Source: Chiloscyllium plagiosum (lineage: Eukaryota). Taken from it: 36,491 nucleotides of DNA. Every line of letters begins with the position of its first letter. Position 1 is the first letter of the stretch. Positions 34,668 to 36,491 of this stretch are shown here, in pieces. The notes under the pieces were generated by a model. It had not been told where the DNA came from. It ran no database searches and worked only from the letters and a program-made list of their open reading frames with translations. The DNA lies in contig NC_057718.1 in NCBI RefSeq assembly GCF_004010195.1, positions 72,305,236 to 72,341,726 of the forward strand. Direction: 5' to 3'. The translations under genes were made by a program, and so were the position numbers.

Positions 34668-35670
34668 AAAGCAAAAGAGTGGGTATAAATGGGTGTTTTT
34701 CTGGTTGGCAATTAGTGGCTAGTGGTGTGTGGTCAGTGGTCATTGTTGGGACCAATATTATTTACAATTTACATAGATGATTTAGAGTTGGGGACCAAGT
34801 GTACAATGTCACAGTTTGCAGATGACACTAAAATGAATGATACAGCAAATATGCAGAGGACACAAAGTCTGCAGAGGTTCAGTGAGTGACTGGGCAAGAG
34901 TTCAGCAGATGGAGTACAACATTAGTAAATATGAGGTCATCAAAATAGCAGCAAAATGCACTGATTTAAATGGTAAATAAATTGCAGCATGCTGCTGTGC
35001 AGAGGCACCTGGGTGGCCTTGGGTATGAATCACAAGTTGGTTTGCAGCTGCAGCAGGTAATTCAGAAGGCAAATGGAATATTGTCCTTCATTGCTGGAGG
35101 AGTGAAGTTTAAAAATAGGGAGGTTGTGATGCAGCTGTGCAGGGTGCTGGAGAGGCCAAACCTCTCATTGGATTGTTCTGTGTACAGTTTTGATTTCCTT
35201 ACTTGAGAACAGAGGTTAACGAGGTTAATACTGGAATTCAGAATCTTGCCTCATGAGGAGAGATCAAGTAGACTGGGAATGTACTCAATGAAATTTAGGA
35301 GAATGAGGGGAGATCTTATAGAAACATAAAATTATGAAGGGAATAGTAGGATGGCGGGTGAAACTAGAACTATGGGGCAAGGCCTCAAAATGAGGAGAAA
35401 CAGATGTAGGACACGGTTGAGGAGAAACTTCTTCACCAAAAGGGTTGCTAATCCATAGAATTTCCTGCCCAGTGAAGCAACTGAGGCAACCTTGTTGAGT
35501 GTTTTTAAGGCAAAGGTAGATTTTTGAACAGTAAAAGAATTACGGATCATGGTGAGCAGGCAGGTAAGCGCAGCTGAGTCCACAAAAAGATCAGCCATGC
35601 TCTTATTAAATGCAGAATAGGCTCAATAGGCAAGATGGCCCACTCCTGCTCTTTTCTTTCTTGTATTCTT
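34668..35670 (+). mobile_element. Degenerate CR1 3' half
   Basis: RVGING.FSGW, FADDTK, KANGILSFIA.G..FKNREV, 3' UTR. Confidence 0.8.
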
Positions 35671-36491
35671 AAACTTGTCACAAACTCACACACCTCTTGT
35701 CGGTGATTATGACAGCCAAAGTCAGACACTATTAAAAGTGTGGGAGACCATGCTTATTCTAACTTCCAGGGTATATCTTTGGAGTTGTATCTAAGGTTGG
35801 GCCCAGGGATCTTCCTGGCCACCTGAGGATTTGAAAAGTGTGTGTTTGGGAGCAGGAAACCTTCAGACAAGAGCTTCCTCCAGAGGGGGAACGCAGTCCT
35901 GAGGCCTGTATGACAGGCTGCAGCCTGTTGGGACCAGGTGAGTTTTGTCTGTGTATGACCCCGAGGTTTAATCTCCTCTCTCTGGGGAGGGGGGCTGGAT
36001 TTTACCAGGACCTCTGGTTAACCGGGTCCTGTCGGATTGGGGCCTTGTCGTTTTTGAACAGGTTTGAAGCCTGGGGCTAAGGTAACTGGGGCCTTGGGAT
36101 TTGACACAAATAAGTCAACCCTAGACCAGCATCACCCACGATGTGTGTGGGGTTAGATTGCTGCTTGTGGGATCTTGCTGTGCATACGTGTTTATTAATG
36201 TTTCAAGCCTCTGGTCAACTGCTCTGCGGTGATGTCGGTGTATTTCAATGTCACTGGGATGGTCAGCAATTCATTCATTCATTCGGCAATAATTAAACTG
36301 AACCAGGGTCACGTGGGAGATTGGGGAAGGCAGAGAGTGCTGTGGGATCGTGCTGTGCTTTTGGTGCCACTGTTGTATTTTATTTCAAATTGATTGGTTT
36401 TTATTTCTCAGTGTGTTTCCCCACCCCCCCGCTCCCCCTAACCCTGGGGGTGAGCAGGAGATTGGATCCAGGAGCTGAAGCTCGGGACGAC

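Overview
This is vertebrate genomic DNA, almost certainly from a cartilaginous fish (shark): it carries HE1/V-SINEs, many CR1 LINEs and shark-type Penelope elements. The only host gene I can support is SERAC1 on the minus strand. Three internal coding exons (22640-22771, 9710-9828, 5219-5347) have canonical AG/GT ends and splice in frame, and none is properly captured by the ORF track. The rest is intron filled with nested retroelements: CR1, L1, Tx1, a Gypsy relic, a candidate solo LTR, HE1 and other tRNA-derived SINEs, and three families of Penelope-like elements. The most interesting signal is a set of short (about 95-240 bp) Penelope-terminal-repeat-derived elements. They carry minimal type-I hammerhead ribozyme motifs, often fold as long palindromes, and are flanked by their own 9-16 bp target-site duplications, so they appear to insert as stand-alone units. 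Each SERAC1 exon is also bracketed by repeat pairs, inverted around two exons and direct around one. All family assignments come from pattern recognition only; no database searches were run, and repeat boundaries are approximate unless a TSD is given.
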